Origin: Pseudovirgaria hyperparasitica
Lineage: Eukaryota
Length of the DNA stretch: 64,000 bases
Assembly (NCBI GenBank): GCA_010093815.1
Contig: ML996567.1
Reading direction: 5' to 3' (one strand)
The notes below the pieces were generated by a model. The model saw nothing but the letters and a program-made list of their open reading frames with translations, made no database searches and had not been told where the DNA came from. Each line of letters opens with the position of its first letter. Position 1 is the first letter of the stretch. Shown here one piece after another: positions 23,777 to 37,269 of this stretch. The position numbers and the translations under genes are program-made.

Positions 23777-26700
23777 TTTAACGTAGATAGGTTTAGTTAG
23801 GTCGAAGTACACTAGTAATAGGGTAGTTATAAATGCCTCTTTGATTTTCTCGAAGGAGGCCCTTTCGCCTTCTAATAATTCTATAGGCTACGATTTAATA
23901 TTACGCTATTTCTATCCACCGCGGACCGTAATAGATAAATCTATAGTAGTAGTACGCGCGTTAAGCGGTACTACTAGCTAGGAGAAGTACTTAACGAATT
24001 TTTAGTAGTAATTAGTAAATCTAATAAAGACACGTATATCTCGAACTAATTTTAGTTTAGGCTAGTCCACGATAGTAGTAACTCTATCCCTTTCTATGGT
24101 TATACCTTAATTAGTAATGACGAAGCTAAGGAAGTTAACGTGGTCCTAGTAGAACTTATATTTAGATAGCTTAATATATAGCTTATGTTTTTCTAGCCTA
24201 TCTAGGACTACGCGTACGTACTAGATGTGTTCTTCTTCGTTATTAGAGAAGATAAGGATGTCGTTAAGGTATACGATGTACATCGTATTAAGTAGGCCTA
24301 CTAGCGCGTTATTAATGTACGCTTAGAAGGTCCCTAGCGCGTTAGTTAGTCTAAAAGGGACTACTATATACTTAAAGTATCTATAACGGGTCCTAAACGC
24401 CGTTTTCTACTTATCGCCCTTCTTAATATATAGGCGGTAGTAGGCGTCGCGTAGATCGAGCTTAGTAAAGATCTTTACGCGCCCTAGTCTATTAATAGAC
24501 TCGGAGATAAGAGGTAGTAGGTAATAATTCTTTCGCGTGATATTATTCAGGCTATAGTAGTCGATATATAGATGGAGACTCCTATCCTTCTTCTTTATAA
24601 AGAGAATTAGGGCTCCGGCTAGGGATATACTAGGCCTAATCTATCCTTATATAAGGTTCTTTTCGATGTATTCTCGGAGGACCTATAGCTTAGATTCTAA
24701 TAGAGGGTAGATGGGTCCGTATAGGGGTTATTAACCGTCCTTAAGGTTAATAGTAAGATTAGTAGGTTAGTATTAAGGTAATTCGGACGAGTCGATCGCT
24801 AACGCGATATATTAGTATATTTTATACTAATATAGTAGGTTTTCGTCTACTTTAATGCTAAGCTCTCTATTTTAAGTAAGTAAGAGAATATAAATAGTAG
24901 AGATTACCTTTTCGTAGTCCTTCTAGAATTATTCGTCGTCGACTAGCTATACTAGGTTCTATTATAGTAGGTACATACGCTAGCTAGCTATTTTCTAGAT
25001 AAAGTCTAGTTTCGGGTTATATTTTTCGAGCTACGGTATACCGAGGATCATATTAAAGGGGCTATCTACTACGATAAAGGTTAAGTAGTAGGGTTTCCAC
25101 TTCCCCCCGCTATCCTAGATGCTATATTTAATAGTATAGGTACCCTACGATTTAATAGGACCATCGATACTATAGAAGGTAGCACCTATTAGTACTTAAA
25201 TATTAATATTAAGTTCTCGTGCTCGTTAAGTCAATATAACGTTAGTGGCTAAACCGCTATCGAGTATTATAGTCTAATATTATCCACGGGGGACCTTAAT
25301 AGGCCTAGCCTATAGTTCGATATACTAGTTAGCTAGTTATCTCTCTATTTTAGTTACGCCTATAAGTCACGAGAGTTTCTTATAGGTAGTTAGTTTTTAA
25401 TATTATATACCGGGTAGTTAGGCGTGATATATCCTAGCTACTAGTACTTATAGTATATAACTAACTTAGTATCTATATTAGTATTCGGTGGTTTCCCTAA
25501 GCGGTACTTAGGTACTATATAGCCTATCCTACTATAGGTGTAGTAGGTAACTTTAGGTTATTTATATAAGTCGTTTCTCGCGTCTCGATATATCGACTAG
25601 TAGAAAGATCCGCGGTACGGGCCTCGTCTTCTTAAGTTCATAGAGTGGTAGCGCCTATAAGGTGTTCCGCGTAATCTATTACTAAACCGGTCCTCTTTAG
25701 ACGATTTTATATCGGATTAGATTAATAGGGATAGTTATACGCCTATACGACGTTGGTTATTTATTATATACTAATGTTATTCTACGAGATTCGCGAGTAC
25801 CTAAAGGTTAGTAGAGATAGACGTTATAAGGTCGATACGTTTCTTTACGCTCGGGTTAAGGGACCTTTTAAAGTCGTCGTATTATTAAACTATACGATCT
25901 TCCTTAGCTTCTCTCTAAAGAGGTCGGAGGTATTTTAGGAGTTATAATGGGGATTGTCTCTCTCGCTATTAAGTCTTAAAGATATAGCTCTAAGTCTATT
26001 CGCGTCGCTCGGCTCTATCGCCAAAGTATTAAAGAAGGAATTTAGTAAACGTGTCCTAGTTATACGCATCCTTAGGGTATTTAATTCGATATACTATCTA
26101 ACGTTTAGATAGCGTTAGGTCTAGATAGTTCTATGCGAACCTAATCTTATTACTATCGTTCGTGAATAGGTAGAAGAATCGGCTATACTAGTAAGTCTAT
26201 TTATAAAAGCTTCTCCTAGTTTTACCGTCGAAGTAAGGTAGTTTCTTAGACTAAGGTAACTAGAATAGTAATAGACTTAGTTAGACTATTTCGGCTTAAG
26301 TTAGTCTATATTAGTATAGATTAGTTACTACTAGTACTAAAGCGCGTAGTGCGGCTTCGAGTCTAGCGGTTCGTCCTCGCGCTTTATTAAGTTCACGAAG
26401 TTACTACTTAAGCTAAGCCTAACGCTACCTCTCCGCGTATAGCTTAGTATATACGTTATTATAAGGCGTGGTTAACGTTAGTTAGTTCTAACGAATTAAT
26501 TCATTAACGTTAATAGGGTCTAGTCTTATAGTAAGGATAGGTCTAGTATAGTATAAACTAGACCGCGATAGAATATAATAGACTCCTTCCTTATTATCTA
26601 GGTAATCTTCTATAGTTATACGGAATACCGTACTAGTTATTAGTGCGATAGCCTATAGAGTATACTTATTAGTAGAGATGGTCGTAGGGAGACTATTCTC

Positions 26701-26813
26701 TTTATTTAGATTTAGAGAGAGTCTCTCGTGTAAGGTAGTGCCACGGGTATTATAGCGCGTAGTAGGAGCTATCTCTATAAGCTACCGTCGTACTATATAG
26801 AGAGGAATTAAAA

Positions 26814-27051
26814 TATAAAGAGTAAAGACGTGGGATAGTAGTCTAATAGTTTATAGAGAGATATAGGAATGTATTTATAGAGTAGTCTTACTCTTATACT
26901 AGGTTAATTCCTAACGAGTAGGAATTAGTTTATGCGGTCTACTTATATAGTAACCTCGCTTAACCTAGCTAACTCATCCTAGCTCTAGCCGCTACGTGGC
27001 TACATGGATTAGAATGGTCCATACAGGTCCGTTAGGGTTCCCGTCCTAACA
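26814..27051 (-). repeat. 238-bp LTR, type 2 (5' LTR of element 1)
   Basis: Near-identical to 13156-13393 and 20916-21153; ends ...cctaaca; preceded by the PBS region agaggaattaaaa. Confidence 0.92.
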
Positions 27052-30000
27052 CTTAGGCTTTTATTAAAATAACTAAGATAACGTTTTTAAGGCGGCTAAG
27101 GTTATCTTTATAACTAGGTAGGGCTATACTATAGCGAAATCGCTATTAATTTCTTCCTTATTAGATAAGATAACGACTCGTTTCTTTACGAGCTTAGGTT
27201 AGATAATATAGAGATCCCTCTTAATGGTTGGTTTTTTAAAAACTAGACTTTCTATAACTACTCTATCGAGGCCCTATATCTTTTTAGCGGTACTTACTTT
27301 CTACTAAAAGTTCTAGAATAATATAATATATATATCTAGGTTACTCTTAACTTCGAAGGAGTCTTTAGTCGTTAAAATAGTATACTTAAATATAGGTTAC
27401 TTATATCTATTTTTAACTAAGTTAATACCTTTATTACCGATAAGTTTATAAAGAGTTTTAGCTTACTTAAGGAGTATTACGCGTAGGTTATTCCCGGTAG
27501 CTATTAGAACGGACGTTAAAAATTATACCTAGGTAGCTACCGTGGTTCTCTAGTTAACTATATTTATCTTAATAGACGAGGTTATATTATATAGTTATTA
27601 GTAGACATTAGTAAGATAGGCGTTAGCCTAGGTTAACTAGTTAACGATTCTTTCGACTACGTTAAGGTTATATATATAGATACCTAATATAGTCGCTTTC
27701 TTATTATCTAGCTAATCTTTCTATAGAATCGTAATTAGGTTAAATCTTTACGTACTAGTTTCAAAATTAATTACCCGACTTAATTTAGGTATAAATAGTA
27801 ATAGGTTACTAACGTTTAGTACTAAGCTACCCGAGTTTATTCGCTACCTACTTAACTAACTATATAGTAAGCTAAAGTCCGAATTATTGGTAGTGGTTAG
27901 TAATATAAGTAACGTGGTACGTATATAACCTACTCATCGCGATCGGGCTAAAATTAGATCGTCTACTAGACTTTTTATAGTCGGATATACGGTACTTACG
28001 ATCTTTAATAGTCGCTTAGCTAAAATACTACTATTATTATCTTTATGCCCGTATATTAGGTTAATATCTAAGGGTACCGCCTAAGTATAACGGTCGGTTT
28101 TATTCGCTATAAATGGCTTATCTTTAATTACCTAGGGCTTAGAACGAGTCTTTTCTAGAATCTACTAATAATATAGTAGTAATATTACTACTCTACCGAG
28201 TATAAATTAATTAAAGATAATTACGATCTTATTATTTAAAACGCCGGGGGCTCCGCGCGGGAGATAACTATCCTAAAACCATCCTTCTTTTAAGAATACG
28301 GCCGGTTATTAGATATTAACCTTGCCCTTCCTTATAATCTATTACTCTATTACTATAATAATTAGTAACTTTACTTAGTCGGACGGCTAGACGTTCGTAG
28401 GCGGCTAAGTTATATAGTCCTCTGTAATATTAATAGGATAATCTATATAAAACGGCTATAAATCGTATTTTAATAGGTGCCGTTATTTAGTCGTAGAGAA
28501 ATTATCTACTACCGGTCTATCGCCGGAGATCTATACGGGTAGAGCCGATAACGAAGGGTATCCTATTACTATGTATTCTAGAAGAATTAGTAGAAAAGCT
28601 TTTAATAAGCTAGAAAAACTCTTAGAATCTACCTAGTTTACTATTACGTTATATAGAGCTATATAGAATAGTTAGTTAGCTAGGTCGATATTTACTCGCG
28701 CCTAAATCTTTTCTATAGGCTACTAGTAGTACTTTTCGTCTATCTTTAGATGTAGACGTAGAAGGATATTAGTTAGTTTAGATTAAGTATAACTATTATA
28801 AGCCTACTAAATTAATATACTAGGTCTAGTAAGGATAAAGCTAGTTATATATAGTAATTAGTCGATATTATAGAATATTTATAGGTTAGTAACTACGAAT
28901 AGTAGGCCGTGCGGTCGGCTTAACCGTAGTAGTTATCTTTAGTTAACTAATCTAGGTCCGGTACCGACCTTTAAGCGAATAATATAAGGAAGTACTTAAT
29001 AGTTATATATCTATAGAATGCTTAGTAAATATATATATTATAACGCCGCTCGTTATAATAGATATTAACGGCTCTCTACCTATAACGGCTAGGGGCGGAT
29101 AGGTATTGCGACTTTAAGTAGTCGTTGACCTAGCTAGGCTCCTAGTAGACTATTTCTATAGGCTTATCTAAGGTTATATTCTTCGACTAAGTCTAATAGA
29201 AGTATACTTCGCCGTATCTACTAACCGAATTCTAGACTATTACTATATACCGTTACCTAGTATTTAACGGTTAGTTTATAATTACGCCTAATTTAAATAT
29301 AGCGCCGATTATAGATGGCCATTACTATCTACTTATTTATAATAGTAAGTAGGCGTATGTCTTCTCTACGGTTAAAATGGTTAAGATTCTTTAGAAATAG
29401 TTCTAACTATTTAATAGATATTACTAGGTGTATTTTCTATATCTCCGGTAGCTCTAGTTTGTACGCCTAATAGTCTACTATACGTTTAATTAGTACTAGT
29501 CCGACTCGTTATTAGCTAAGCTTATAATAAGCGTCTAGAATCTTATACCCTTTATATAGTTAAATATAGACCTAGTTACTAGAAGCGAGGTCTAGTAGAG
29601 ACGTATAGCGCCTATTAAAACGCTCCTTTATACGCGTCTAGGCAAATACTAGCGCGTCTAACGCCTCTTTCTAGTTTATATCACGCTTTCGGGCGTAATT
29701 ATTCACTTCTATTAAACTAGTCTCCTTAAATAGAATGCCTTTAGATAGTTAGAAGCCGTATACCATCTCGTTTAGAGATTTTTATATTAAGGCGTTTATT
29801 AAATTATTTATAAGCTACTAGACTAATAGGATATAGATCGTCTAGCCTATAGCTAGCGATATTAAAATAAGAAAATATAGGGTAATCTCTACCGTTTAGT
29901 TCGTGCGTTCACTTTAACCGTTACTCTATTTATAATAAGTAGTTAATACTAGGATTTTAGTACTAATGCCCTCGAAAATTCCTTTCTAAAATAACGATAG

Positions 30001-30475
30001 GAATTTTCGGTCTCTATTATAAATAATTACGGCTAGAACTCTCTATTCTAGTAGTATACTCCTTCTAAACGTAGTTACCTATTACGCGGTAGTCTAGTTA
30101 TTCCGGCCTAGGATAAGGTAGATTCACTTAGTAAACTTATCCGTTATAGTAAGTAGCGCGTTAAGTCTATTCTATCTTGGTAGTCCGATAATAAAGTCTA
30201 TTATAACCGTATAAAATAGTATTAGCGGTAACTAGACTAGCTTTAATTCACTATACGGCGTATATCTTTATATCTAGTAAGTTTTATAGGTGGGATAGTA
30301 CTAAATATAGTACTTTAGGCGCTTTGTAAGCCGATAAATAAAGTAGCCCGCGCAAATTCAATCGTATACTTAGAAAAATCCTATATAAGTACTTTTATTA
30401 TAGAATTAAGTAAAGATATCTCTATCGAGTAATTTTAGTACGTAGATCTAATATCGTCTATTAAGCTAATTAATA

Positions 30476-33400
30476 ATAATAATAATAATATTAGTAAACT
30501 AGGTAGAGTACCACTCTATAGGCGTATGCCTCCTCTAGTCTAAGCTACTATATAAGAAGAAACCTATAAATAGGAAAAACTCCCTTATATCTATAACTAC
30601 GCTCTATCTATCCTCTTATTCTTTATATATATATAGCCCTAGGGGCTACCCATAGGCCTATAGCCTATATTATAATAGTTTACCCTTAGGTAGCACGTGT
30701 AGATGCGGAGATTATTAGTTAAGGGCTACCCTTAACTAATAATCGCGGTTCTCCCGGGGTTCTTCCAACGTATACCGGGGTTCTTCCGGTATATATCGGG
30801 CTTCTTCTAGTATATATACGCGGGTCTACTAGAACTAGGGGAGAGGAAGGTGTACGAGTATCTATCGGGCGACGTCCTTAGGGTACTTATTAAGCTATCG
30901 CGTGATATCGGAGGTCCTTATTATATAGATAAGGGCTTATCTTAGGGTATAGAGGCTAGAGCACGTCGCGAGGTAGTAGCGTATTATACCTCTCCGGCCG
31001 TAGTCCTCGCACTAGAGAGATATATCTAGAATACCTCTCTAGTAGAGGTAATATAGGAGACCTATAGCGCCTATTCGGGCTTAGAGGAGTATGGATGCTT
31101 AGGCCTTCGTTAGCCCTTTATATATCTATTTACTTAGTTCCTTCTAAGGCCCTTAGATCTATTCTAGATACCTATCCTATTAGGAGGCCCACTAGGCTTT
31201 AAGTATCTCCCTCTATTTATTCTAGATCTACGACCGTATAACGCGGCTAAGCTCCTTAGGGCTCTATTAGCTTAGGACGGTATCCGGGTTATTTCGAACC
31301 TTCTACGCGGTCTAGCTCGAGTCCGCCTCTATATAGTATTTATATTATACTTAAGTTTATCCTATAGTAGGGAGGGCCTAGTAATACACGCGGATACATA
31401 TACGTAGTACAGCGAAGGTATATACCCTATCTCCTCCACATTCTTATACTTATTATTTAGTAAAGTATATAAGTCTCTATATCTAGTAGAAGTCCTATAT
31501 ACTCATTACATTTATCTCACGTCAGAGAAGCGTCGTGTTAGTAGCTTTATATACGCCGGAGATAAGGCGGAGTATATGGTTTTATATAGACTTAAGCTTT
31601 ACCCGCCGAGCTTATATAAGAGCCGTATACTAGTACTTGTATCCGTATATAAAGGCTAGGCGTACTAGGGAGACGTATAGCTGTCTCGCCTTATCCTAGG
31701 CTATTCTCTACGTAGATGCCGTAATCTAGCGTATAGCGGTTTCTATCTAGAGGGCTCTAGAGACGGCGTGTGCCACCTATAGTCCCTATTTTAGCTTATT
31801 ATTAATTATGACGCTAAGTGCTCGTATACTCTATACTAGTAGTTCTATAAAGGCGTCGATTTAGGGGCGACGTGCCCCCTCCCTAGTAGCCCATCCTCTA
31901 TAGTAGTTAATAAAGTATATAAGCTAGTATTTTTTAGGTGTGAATTTTACTCCGTGGCGCTTTATCTACTAGACGCATTTCTTATGGTCTTATTCGAGTC
32001 GTGTATATATTCTACTAGTACTACTATCGACCGCGAGGAGGTATATATTATCCGCGTATCCGACTACCTCTATATATTCTATTCCCTAAAGGAGATCTAC
32101 TATAAAGAAGAGGAAGAGAATCACGGAGATAGTACTCCCTTACGGGATACCGTATACCGTCTCCTTATATTCGCTTCGGTATCCGGGGATATATATTTAA
32201 GTAGTCCTTTATACGAGGAAGGACTATATAAATCATATAATCTACTTAGGTATTCGCCTTATCCGGAGGTTATGGATAAGTCTTATATAGTTTACCTTAT
32301 TAAACGCCCCTACTATATCTAGGGAGAGTAGCGTAATAACTTATCCTTATTTCTATATAGTCTAGATAACCTCGAGGATATATTAAATGGCTATAATTAG
32401 GGAGCTTCCTACCTTCGCCTTCTGGTTTACTAGGAGAAGGCCGTGTACCTATACTACTATACTTATCTTCTTAGTAATCGTGGCTTCTAGTACCTTACTA
32501 AGGTAGGAGAGGAGGGCGATTAGCCTCTATCCCTTCGGCGTGTTTAGGCTCTTCCCTAGTTTTAGAAGTATAACTATATATACGGTTTAGAAGCTCTATA
32601 GGTAGTATCCTATACGGGCGCACGCTCGGAATATATAGCCTATAATTAGTAAGGTCGCCTATATAGTCCTCTTAAGGCATTGATTCGGAATTCTATCTAG
32701 CCCGGGCGCTTTATCGTTCGGGAGTATCTTAATAGCGCCGAGTATATTATTGTCCGTGATTTCCCTAGGGATACTTACGGCTTCTAGGTATTCCGTGCCG
32801 TTAATATCTAATAGGTCTACGGGTTCTAGGAGAGGGAATATAACCTCTTATAGGATCTCTATTTTCTCGAGGCTTATAGAGTATATCTTTTCTTAATATA
32901 TAAGGGGGGGTATAAGTGGTATAGGTGTCGGGGAGGCGGTACTTTTAGTCTATTTTACTATATACTATAGTCTAGTAGTATTACGTGTGTATCTGTCCGT
33001 GACTATACGCTACTATTTACGTCGCTTATTACGGAGGACCTTATCTTATTATCTTCTCGCCTCTCTCTATTTATTCTATACTTTAGATATATAGTTATAG
33101 TATACGCGTGTATATAATCTCCGGACTTCTTATCTATGCTCTTATACTTAAGGTATGCTTTTTAGGTCTAGGGGTCTATATATTCGGTACGGCACGTGTT
33201 TATCTCTTACTCCCTAGTACGCCTATAGGAGTATATTCACGGCCTGGTTAATAGCCGGGCCATTAGATACGTCGACTATAGACGGGTCTAGGATCGTCGA
33301 TTCTAGGTCCTTTAGGTACTTTTCCTAGTTAGTATTCTTCTATAGCTATCGCCCTCGTTAGTCTTAAGGGGTAGATACGTCTATTACGGTCTCTATATAT

Positions 33401-35784
33401 TCGTGGTTAGAGTCTATCTATATAAGGCTTAGGCGGTAGTATTAAGTCCTATTATAAATATATCTAGTGGCTAGGGTGAGGTCGAGTGTGGATCCGCCCT
33501 TATCTTATTTATATTTTCGCTAGGTAATCTATCCTACTAGTATAAGAAGGTATAGAAAGCCGTGGTATTAGGTGCGTAGTTCTCTAGCTCGAAGCTCTTC
33601 GCGGGTAATGGTTAGTCTACCCTACTAGCTATAATAGAGATTAAAGTCTCCTAGGAGGATATATTATTCTAGCTCGGTAGTACCCTTAAGTATATTATCC
33701 GCCTAAAGCGATCGGTTCTAATTATATATATTATATATATAGAGGGGTCTAATATTCGTCTAGAGGTATAGTATTATCCGGAGGTTATCCCGTTTAGTAT
33801 ACGACCATAATAAGAGTAGAATAGACTTATAGACATGGAAGAGGACTCTCCTCTCCGGTCCTAGGGGGTATATTATATAATATCCTAGGTGTGTTATTGG
33901 TTTATTCGTCTAGTAGTATTTATATAGCTTCTATATAGCGAGTATTACAGCTCCGGTCTTCTCGAGGAGTATCGCCTAGTTCTTATATTTATACTATACG
34001 TTTGCCTATATAATTAGAAGTGTATCTTGGTCTCTTATTAGGTGCTAGGGAATATATAGGCCTATATATTTGTTCCTCTAAGACGCGACTATCCTCGTGC
34101 GGCGGCGGCCTTAGTAATTCCTCGGGGCTATCCTATTATTAGCTTTCTCGGGACGGTTTACTATTCCTAACTACTTCCTTATAAGGAGATAGTCTATAGT
34201 AGTAGTATTATAGTAAAGAGAGGAACGGTAGTAGGTCGTATCGTTTATAGCTACCTTACTCTCTTTATCCGGATTAAGTAGATATATTTAGTAACCTATT
34301 TGCGTTTCGCGTACGTAGCCGACTACGACGGGTACTTACCGTCGTAGTTAGAGTACTTCGCCGTGTCCCTATCCCTCTAGCCCTCTCCTCGTGTTCTATA
34401 GGGGCACTCCTAGATACTATATTCTTATTAATACTACCTATACCTAGTCTTTTAGGAGTACTACTATGCCGTATACCCGTATCCCTAATAGTTAAAGTAC
34501 TATATTATCGCCCATGCTCTATCCTATGGTTCCGCTATAAGAAGCTCCCCTTCCGCTAGGAATCCCTCTTACGTAATTTAATACGCGAGGGCGGGGTCCT
34601 TAAGCTCTACTATTATAGTAGAGTATGCCTTTAATCTAGTTTTAATCCCTTATATATTCTTCTACTATACTCTTATAATCTTAATCCCTAGGTATTTTCG
34701 CTTATTTAACTATTCTATCCGCGTGATATCCTCTTCTCTAATAACCTATCCGCTTATAGATATAGAGTATACCTATATCGGGTATATGGCCGCCCTAATA
34801 GAGGCGCCTAGGAAGATACTACTAATCGCGTTCGGATTACATAAGATGGTCTACTACGTAATATTCGTTATTATAGTAAGTACTACTTCTCCTAGCGTGA
34901 GTTTAGCGGTAACGATATTTAACTATATTCCCTTTTATTCATTAATCTTACTTACTATATTCTTTAGGGATGCTTACTAGACCTATACTAGGGTGTCCTT
35001 ATCCTAGATTGCGACGCGTATACTATACACCGCGTTACCGGTCCGGGGGGCCCGTAGTATAGTCTCCGGTGTTACTACTATTTATACCTATATACTAGGG
35101 CGCTTACCTTAAGTAAGTTCCTCCTAGATTCTACGTAGGCTAGCCTCTATTCGGTCGAGCCTACCCTCCGGTCCTCCTAGTTATATCTTCTTCTCCTCCT
35201 CCATAATTCCCTTTAGATTCTAGATAAGGTCCTAGAATATATATAGGAGGGTCTTCTAGCCCTCTCCGGCTTCCTTCTCTATATATACTACCTAGTAGTT
35301 AATATAATCTAGAAGGGTTTCCCCTCTCGGGGTCCCCTTTATTCCATCTATCTATAGTAGTATACGCCTTTAGGTGTGTTCTACGTTTTGGATAGGTATA
35401 TAGTTACTCTTAGTAATATTACTATATAGCCTTTTCTATCGTACCGGTGGGGGTATATCCGGTATATACCGGGGTATATCGGTGCCTAAGGCCGCCATAT
35501 TTATTAGTTAAGGGCTACCCTTAACTAATAAAAGGGGGTCGGCGTGTCAGCGTTCTAGTAGTATAGTCCGTGCCTCTATCTCCGTGAGGATTTTAAGAGG
35601 GTATGTATATATCTTTATACGGCGATAACGTCTTAGTTTCGACGCTGCACGTACGTGTATATGGTAGTAGTTAGTGTACTTGGTATACTCTATTAATTAA
35701 GGTGTATATCTCGCTGTATTACCCCGAATGGACTAAGTTAGCCTCTTAGGGATGTAAAAGAAGAGGTATAGTAAGTAAGGTCTA
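30476..35784 (-). mobile_element. Full-length Tad-like LINE copy 2 (~5.3 kb), RIP-inactivated
   Basis: 14-bp TSD taagctaattaata at 30462-30475 and 35785-35798; (TAA)n tail; GIP[Q]GSTIS RT motif ~32130, GDFN ~33645, ORF1 zinc knuckles 34300-34510. Confidence 0.93.
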
Positions 35785-37269
35785 TAAGCTAATTAATATA
35801 ATAAATTATACTATTAGTAAATTAAAAAGGAATTAGTTAGGTGATATTATTATCCTAGTCTAGTACTATAGCTTTTATACTTACCTAGTACTTATTGTTA
35901 TTATATACGTTAGCTAGCTACCTTATAAATTTTAGGTTAATTTTAACTATTACGACGTTAAACGTTAAGAGCTCCTTAAGAATATCTAAGTCTCTTAGCT
36001 AGGCTCTATCGTGGATCTAACAGAGCCGAGAAAGAGCGTTAGGTACCACGTATTCTTTATCTAGCCTATATTTAAGCTCTAGGTTAAACTAGAATAGATA
36101 CTATAAGGCCCGTACTAGTTAGAGATTTAGCTTATTAACTAATAAGCTTATAAGTACTATCTATCGAATAATACTTAGCGTGGCTACGTGGTTAGTAATA
36201 ATAATTATTAGTTAGTCTAAACCATTAACTATATAGCGTATTCGGCGTATAGTCCATACGACCACTACTACTTCTAGCTCTATCGGCTAGTACCGCGACT
36301 CGGCTATAGAGAGTTCTTTACTAAGGTATAGAATAGGCTCGATATCTAATTATCTAATCTTTATAATATCGCCTACTTCCTCTTTAATATAGTAAGTAAA
36401 GACTCTAAAGCCGTACTTTAATACGTTAATATCTACGTAGAGCCGTCGTTTTAGATTATAGTAGATAAGCTTAGTCTCGTCCGTAAAGGCGGCCTAAATG
36501 CCCTCCTATAACGCTAATAGCTAGTCTATTCGAGCGATCTTTATTCGTTTATAGTATACTATACGTATATATCCCGCTAAAGATACTTCTTTAAGAAGAC
36601 GCGTTTTCTTAGTCTATAGATTCTAGGTAAGCTAAGCGTAATATGGCACGTATTACCGTAACTATCCGGTTAGTCTAAGGTAGTATTTAAGCTTATCGAG
36701 CGTTTCGGGATACTAGAGATTATATATAGCTACTAATTTCTCGGCTATAGTAGAGAGTCTATAAGCGTCGACCTTCTAACTAAGTAGAGTAATAGATAGG
36801 TATTCTAAGTAATACTTTTTATCTTTAAGCGTTAGGTTTCTTACTTATAGTATAGTAAATACCCGCTAAAGGTAGTTAAGATACTCGTTAAGTTCCTTAC
36901 TAAATACGAGAATGTCGTTAATATATACTATGGTAAACGCCTTATATCTAGCGTCGTGTAAGATCTTATTAATCTATCTCTATACGTACGGTAGAGAGTT
37001 ATAGAAACCTATTAGAACGACGTTTAACTACTCCTAGCCCTAGTATAATATAAACGTTAGTTTATAACGGTCTTCCTTAGTAACCGGCCACTAGTAGAAG
37101 AAGCTAGCTATATTAACGATAGATATAAACTTCTTTCTAGCCGTACGTTAGATAATATCGCCCTAGAGTAGTAATAGATAGAAGTCCTTAATACTAATTT
37201 TATTTAGGCCTCTTATATCTCTAATCGCCTAACTAGCGTCCTCGCGCAATATCTAGGTAAGTAACTTTA

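Larger units (their letters stand above)
10983..27051 (-). mobile_element. Ty3/gypsy chromovirus element 1 (chimeric LTRs), interrupted by element 2
   Basis: 3' part at 11223-13155 resumes at 21154. gag CCHC knuckles near 25420-25560, RT YL[D]D near 24265, RNase H, integrase, chromodomain near 21720-21860. Type-2 5' LTR at 26814-27051. Confidence 0.88.

Noticed and set aside
10285..34980. Plus-strand ORFs 10285, 19852, 25753, 31954 and 34723
   Set aside because: Chance frames antisense to RIPped LINE ORFs or gag; their Y/I/L-rich composition reflects RIP
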